From Candidatus Latescibacterota bacterium (GTDB lineage Bacteria > Latescibacterota > UBA2968 > UBA8231): a stretch of DNA of 64,000 bases. Below are positions 59,366 to 64,000 of this stretch, piece after piece. The position numbers and the translations under genes were made by a program. The notes below the pieces were generated by a model, which saw only the letters and a list, made by a program, of their open reading frames with translations, made no database searches and was not told the origin of the DNA. The stretch's first letter is position 1. Each line of letters opens with the position of its first letter. The stretch is from contig OY730476.1 in NCBI GenBank assembly GCA_963422735.1, positions 288,001 through 352,000 of the forward strand. Reading direction: 5' to 3'.

Positions 59366-59956
59366 ATGGGACAGCCTAAGCATCCATTATACTGGATGTA
59401 CTCCGGTTTAATCCTGCTCTTAATCCCTGCGATTATTGTGCTTGTGGACCGCTATGAAAAGAGCCTCAGCCCCCAAGCGCCCCTACCGCCTGCTCCGCCT
59501 AAAGAAGTTGTGTTGCGCGGTCTCGCCGCGTTTGATTCCACCGCGAGTGCTCTCCACCTAAAAGAAGTGTATCAGGCCGTGCCCGCGCTGCGTTCCGGGG
59601 TGTTGTCAGCCTATCGCGTGCTTACAGACGACGAGGCATTGGCCTACAAGCTAGTCGTCGTTCGCCACGATATTGCCTGTGCTACCTGCCGCGATCTACT
59701 GGTTGGCATCCTCATAGAGCCGAAGGAAGACCGCGTTGCGGCTGTTTGGTCCTTGGCGTCTTGGGAGCTGGCCGACGGCCGCTTCGATCCGACCGCCTTC
59801 TTTGCCCAACTGAGCGGGCGGGCACTCGCTGAGCCTTTGGTTGTAGGCCGGGATATCGATGGAATCACCGGGGCGACCCTGTCCGTAAATGCCTTGGTGA
59901 CCCAATGGAGCCAAGCGGGCACTTGGCTGGCGGAGTCCACGGGAATCACCTTTTGA
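59366..59956 (+). CDS. Membrane-anchored FMN-binding domain protein with CxxC
   Basis: N-terminal TM segment; HDIACATC; DGITGATLS covalent-flavinylation motif (RnfG/NosR-like). Confidence 0.75.
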   Translation: MGQPKHPLYWMYSGLILLLIPAIIVLVDRYEKSLSPQAPLPPAPPKEVVLRGLAAFDSTASALHLKEVYQAVPALRSGVLSAYRVLTDDEALAYKLVVVRHDIACATCRDLLVGILIEPKEDRVAAVWSLASWELADGRFDPTAFFAQLSGRALAEPLVVGRDIDGITGATLSVNALVTQWSQAGTWLAESTGITF

Positions 59957-59969
59957 GGAGTATTGGGCT

Positions 59970-61127
59970 ATGGATATGTTGCTGAATGAGATTGATCTCG
60001 TCTTCTTGCTAGAGTGGGGCCTGCTGTGCTCGATCATGGCTGTTGCCGCCTACACAACTTATACGGACGTCAGCCATAGAGAGATTCCCAATTCGGCTAT
60101 TGGGACTTTGCTCGGTCTGGGGCTGATAGGGCAGATGGGATTGTGGATATTGGGTGAGGTTGCACTCGTATCGATCGGGCTATCATTGCTGCTGGGATTT
60201 GCCGTAGGCTACCTGTTGTTTATGTATGGCTTCTGGGGGGCGGGGGATGCCAAGTTGTATTGGGCCATGGTCGCGGCGATGCCTAGTACGTTGTTTGGTC
60301 AGAAGTGGCCGACTCTCTCCTTGGCCTTTTTTTCGCTAGATACCCCTATTTGGTCCTTGTTGGTCAATACCATTTTGACCAATACCGTTTTTCTTGTAGT
60401 CCTTCTGGTCCTCCATAAACCCGCAAGACCCATCGCAATCTCTGCAAGCGAGCATAGAAAGGGCATGAATTGGGGCTGGCTGCGCTCGGGGTTTGAAGCG
60501 GCAGGATTGAGCGGGTTGGTGTTAGGTGGGACGACGTTGGTCGGCGTGACCTTGACCCTCGCCGAGGCTATCGTAGTGGGGGCTGTGCTCTATTTGATCC
60601 ATGAAGAGCGGACCAAGGCGCCCAATAGAATTATTTGGGTCGTTCCCGGGCTTGTAATCGGTGTCTTTAGCACCATCAGCACCGGGAACTACCTGATCTG
60701 TCTCTTGCTTTGGGCCGTGCTGTGGGGCATACAGACCGTCTATGTGTATATCCACGCTCTCGAGTACCAGAAGTTTGTGCAGCCGGTTTCTATCGATGCC
60801 TTACAGCCGGGCATGGTGCTACATCAGTCGATTTATGAAGCCCCTGCGGAAGGGCGAGTCGAAGTAGTTTCGTTCGGCGAGCAGAGTAGAGATACGCGGG
60901 AGCGAATAGGTCGAATGGGCAAGCCGTTGACCGGGCGAAAAGTGCGCCAGCTAAAAGACCTACAAAAAAAGGGATTGTTCCGCGAATGGGACGATCAGGT
61001 AGAAGTTGAACTGTCGCTGCCCTTTGCGCCGGTCTTGATGGTTGGCGTCGGCCTAACTCTGATATGGCCCGGAAGTATGGTAAGGCCAGTCAATCGGTGG
61101 ATTCAGCCGTTGTTCGATGCGTTTTAG
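59970..61127 (+). CDS. A24 family (prepilin/preflagellin-type) GxGD aspartic peptidase
   Basis: YTD..REIPN and GAGDAKL catalytic aspartates; many TM helices; C-terminal L.PGMVL..PFAP domain as in FlaK/EppA-like enzymes. Confidence 0.82.
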   Translation: MDMLLNEIDLVFLLEWGLLCSIMAVAAYTTYTDVSHREIPNSAIGTLLGLGLIGQMGLWILGEVALVSIGLSLLLGFAVGYLLFMYGFWGAGDAKLYWAMVAAMPSTLFGQKWPTLSLAFFSLDTPIWSLLVNTILTNTVFLVVLLVLHKPARPIAISASEHRKGMNWGWLRSGFEAAGLSGLVLGGTTLVGVTLTLAEAIVVGAVLYLIHEERTKAPNRIIWVVPGLVIGVFSTISTGNYLICLLLWAVLWGIQTVYVYIHALEYQKFVQPVSIDALQPGMVLHQSIYEAPAEGRVEVVSFGEQSRDTRERIGRMGKPLTGRKVRQLKDLQKKGLFREWDDQVEVELSLPFAPVLMVGVGLTLIWPGSMVRPVNRWIQPLFDAF

Positions 61128-61145
61128 GGAAAGGAAAGATACACG

Positions 61146-61700
61146 ATGAAAGCTATGCGCTCGAAACCGCAAGCGACGATGCTGTTGCTGTCAACGGTGC
61201 TGGGCATCCTCTTGGGGACCAGTATATTGTTGGCCACAAAAATCAACAATCCTCCAATCGCCCCAATGGCGACGAGCTTGGAAAACCTGTTGGGTGAACG
61301 CGTCCCGGAGTACAAACTCGAACAACTGAACGGTGCTCCAATCTCGACCCATCTGTACAAGGGCGAATCCCACCTGCTGGCCTTTACGCTGCCGAGTTGT
61401 GATGCCTGTGACACCATGTACCCCATTTTAAGGGAAGCGGCTACAGATATTCCCATTTTGATGATTGCCAATACACGAGAAGGACTGATGGAAAAGGTCG
61501 CCGAACACGCCTTGGCCTTTCCCATTGCTGTAGATACACTGCTGCTGACGATGGAAGAGCTCAACATCACGAATTTCCCGACCGCGCTCTTGGTGGATGG
61601 GGAACAAAGGATCGTCGAGGCCGTCAGGGGCGGCGGCTTCCCGATTGAGAACATTGTACAGTCCGCGCAGAAAGTACTTGAAAAAGAGAGGACACAATGA
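61146..61700 (+). CDS. TlpA/redoxin-like thioredoxin-fold protein
   Basis: TM anchor, P.Y.LEQLNG, CDAC and cis-Pro FPT..LVD. Confidence 0.82.
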   Translation: MKAMRSKPQATMLLLSTVLGILLGTSILLATKINNPPIAPMATSLENLLGERVPEYKLEQLNGAPISTHLYKGESHLLAFTLPSCDACDTMYPILREAATDIPILMIANTREGLMEKVAEHALAFPIAVDTLLLTMEELNITNFPTALLVDGEQRIVEAVRGGGFPIENIVQSAQKVLEKERTQ

Positions 61701-62227
61701 GGGCCGATCAAAAGCATTGGAAGATCGCCGGGCTTGTGAGCGTGGTCTTGTTGCTGGTGCTGATTTTCAAGGAGAAGTCTGAGGAACCAGCGGGGATCGT
61801 CTGGAGCGAGGAGGATACGAAGCGTTCTGAGTATCTATCTGAAGGAACAGACGCCCCTGACTTTGAATTGCCCTCTATGCAAGGGGGCCACGTCCGTCTC
61901 AGCCGTTTTAAGGGGCAGCGGGTAGGGCTGATTTTTGTAACCCCTACCTGCCCGTATTGCAACGACTTGGAACGTTACTTGGTAGAGTACGACCTTCCCC
62001 AAGAGAGCCATTTGCTACTGGTCAGCCAAGGTACGAAAGACCAAGTGCAGCAAATCGTCGAAAACCACGACTTGGCGATACCCGTTTTGGTCGACTCAGC
62101 GGGTGCGGTTGCCCAAGCCTACCGGATCGGGGGTGTGCCGCAGTTTTACGTGGTGAGCAAGGAGGGAAGCATTGCTTCTTTTGCGCGAGGGATGCCGCCG
62201 GTATGGGAAGCCGTGCAAAAGCTATAA
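61697..62227 (+). CDS. TlpA/redoxin-like thioredoxin-fold protein
   Basis: TM anchor, APDFELPSMQG, CPYC and GVPQFYVV. Confidence 0.85.
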   Translation: MRADQKHWKIAGLVSVVLLLVLIFKEKSEEPAGIVWSEEDTKRSEYLSEGTDAPDFELPSMQGGHVRLSRFKGQRVGLIFVTPTCPYCNDLERYLVEYDLPQESHLLLVSQGTKDQVQQIVENHDLAIPVLVDSAGAVAQAYRIGGVPQFYVVSKEGSIASFARGMPPVWEAVQKL

Positions 62228-62248
62228 ACAAGGAGGACACTACGAGGT

Positions 62249-63454
62249 ATGGAAATCATTCCGTTAATTGCCGAACGCGACGTAGCGATGCAACGGGCGT
62301 GGGTCGCACAAAATCGAGATGTACGCACCCAAGCGAAGGCTTGCCTCCTTTTGGGACGCTATTACAAGGAACAAGGTGAACTCGACAAGGCTGAAGCCCT
62401 GTACCGAAGAGCCCTTGCGAAAGCACGGCCGTTGCAGGCACATGAGATGGAAGCCGATGCGTGCAGCGGCTTGGGGCTTATGTACCAAGTCAAGGGACGG
62501 ATGGACGAGGCGGTTGACTATCTCAATAAAGCCTTTGAGATCAATAGGGAATGCCGCGATGAGCAGCGTCTGGCCGTCAACTATAGCAATAGAGGCTTTG
62601 TCGCCCATCTCCAAGGAAAAATTGGAGAAGCACAAGACCTGCACATACGCGCTCAGAAACTTCACGAGGTGTCGGGCAATAGAGCCTATTGGGCGGAAGA
62701 ATGCGGCAACTTGGGTCAGTTGGCACTCCAGCAGAACAAACTGGAGGAGGCCGAGGGCTACTTTCAGCAGGGGCTGAACATTTGTGAAGAATTCGGCGAT
62801 CTGCAAGGTATTTCCGGCCACTATCAAGGCTTGGGACTGGTCTATCTCGGACAGCAGCGTTTGGCCGAAGCCGAAGGCATCCTTAAAAAAGGCCTTGCGA
62901 TCGAGGAGCGGCTCCAGCGCGACGAGGGATTGGCTCATCATTACAGCGTCTTGGGGGGCGTATATAGCCGAGCAGGTCGGTTTAATGAGGCGGAAACCAT
63001 GTACCGTCGGACGCTGGCCATCCAACGCAAATTAGGCCATAAACAGTTTGAAGCCCGCACCATAAGCGGTCTGGGGCAGATGCTATGGGAGAAAGGCGAC
63101 CTGCGAGAAGCTACGGCGTCGTTTCAGCAGGCTAGGGCACTGTTTGACGCGATCGGAGACAACAAAGGCGGGGCGGTACAAGCGGCTCTTTTGGGCGATA
63201 CCTATATGGACGTTGAAAACTTTCATGCGGCAGAGGGGGCGTATCGGCAGGCGGTGCAGCTATTTGAGAAAGTATCGGACTTGGAGGCCGTAGCCGACGT
63301 TAGAGTTCGTTTGGGGAGGGTCTATGCTTCGAATCAGGCTCCTTATGATGCCTTGCTTCAGTGGCGGCAAGCACTGGAATTATACCGCGAACTCCAGCTA
63401 GACGACCGGGTTGAGTTCGTAGAAGAGCTTCTGAGGACGAGCGGCAGAACGTAA
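62249..63454 (+). CDS. Tetratricopeptide repeat protein
   Basis: About nine TPR units (LG.Y..G...EA...Y..AL.I). Confidence 0.88.
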   Translation: MEIIPLIAERDVAMQRAWVAQNRDVRTQAKACLLLGRYYKEQGELDKAEALYRRALAKARPLQAHEMEADACSGLGLMYQVKGRMDEAVDYLNKAFEINRECRDEQRLAVNYSNRGFVAHLQGKIGEAQDLHIRAQKLHEVSGNRAYWAEECGNLGQLALQQNKLEEAEGYFQQGLNICEEFGDLQGISGHYQGLGLVYLGQQRLAEAEGILKKGLAIEERLQRDEGLAHHYSVLGGVYSRAGRFNEAETMYRRTLAIQRKLGHKQFEARTISGLGQMLWEKGDLREATASFQQARALFDAIGDNKGGAVQAALLGDTYMDVENFHAAEGAYRQAVQLFEKVSDLEAVADVRVRLGRVYASNQAPYDALLQWRQALELYRELQLDDRVEFVEELLRTSGRT

Positions 63455-63462
63455 AGGACAAA

Positions 63463-64000
63463 ATGATGTTCAAAGCGATGCGGCAGCGGACAGTAGCCGG
63501 ACTCTTCAAGGTCATCAGCCGTCTTGAGGAAACGGAACGCTTGCGTCGTCTAGAGCGAGACCGAGTTTCAATACTGATCTTTTTTCACGGTTTTGATCGC
63601 GTTTCCGCGCATCGTGCTTTGGTAGTGGGTACGACGCTCCGCCGCCGAGGATACCGAGTCGAGTTTGCGGGCACGGGTTCGTTTGCCGACCAGTTCCGGC
63701 AAGCGGGCTTCCCACTGCACGACCTCGACACGCCGATACAAGACTTGGGAGCAGTACTGGATTTTGGCGCGAATGAAGCAGACTACCATACATTCATCAA
63801 TCAAAGCGTGGAAGCCGAGCGAGCGCTGATTGGTCGCTTGAAGCCCGACCTCGCAATAGTGGACTCCCGTCCCACGCTGCGCTTGGCGGCGACATTGGAA
63901 GGGGTTGATGTGGTTTGGATAAAGTCGGCCTATACTATGCCCGAATACTCCTACCCTATTCACTCACCTGATTTCATGCGTACTTGGGATGATATAATTA
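63463..64000 (+). CDS. GT-B fold glycosyltransferase-like protein (runs off the window edge)
   Basis: Not in the ORF track. Manual translation gives ..ILIFFHGF..HRALVVG..LRRRGYRVEFAG..AGF..VEAERALI.RLKPDLAIVDSRP.L.LAA..GV, a GT1/GT28-like N-terminal domain. Confidence 0.6.
   Translation, partial: MMFKAMRQRTVAGLFKVISRLEETERLRRLERDRVSILIFFHGFDRVSAHRALVVGTTLRRRGYRVEFAGTGSFADQFRQAGFPLHDLDTPIQDLGAVLDFGANEADYHTFINQSVEAERALIGRLKPDLAIVDSRPTLRLAATLEGVDVVWIKSAYTMPEYSYPIHSPDFMRTWDDII

Noticed and set aside
1-64000. tRNA, rRNA, prophage or autonomous transposase/integrase genes
   Set aside because: None were recognisable by eye. A covariance-model or HMM search would be needed to exclude small RNAs.

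Overview
High-GC bacterial chromosomal segment. FlgD-Ig/'YPNPFN' C-terminal domains, a PD40-Omp85 protein and the yicC-coaBC-udg-dnaB gene order suggest an FCB-group organism (Latescibacterota/Gemmatimonadota-like, possibly a host-associated MAG); this placement is inference. The backbone of housekeeping and metabolic genes (dapF, Omp85/BamB-like, yicC, coaBC, udg, dnaB, obgE, HU, mbnPH-like pair, sigma54 two-component system, speD, MacAB-like exporter) is interrupted by small, often decayed insertions. These include two restriction-modification modules with broken endonucleases, type ISP and AAA/DUF4276 remnants, and thrB, parA and GH127 remnants. Several insertions are bounded by direct repeats of 8 to about 115 bp. 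Heptamer-repeat palindromes, a MITE-like element and REP-like repeats are also present. The most striking region is 51.3-64 kb, a tandem array of ~3.15-kb cassettes. Each intact cassette has a sigma54 promoter with palindromic enhancer sites, a 92-93 aa precursor (leader identical over 40 aa, unrelated 8-cysteine core) and a secreted FG-GAP/VCBS protein. The array is followed by genes for a CxxC FMN-binding protein, an A24 (prepilin-type) aspartic peptidase, two thioredoxin-fold proteins, a TPR protein and a GT-B glycosyltransferase. This looks like a possibly undescribed system for diversifying and maturing disulfide-rich peptides. All family assignments come from motif recognition by eye, not from database searches.
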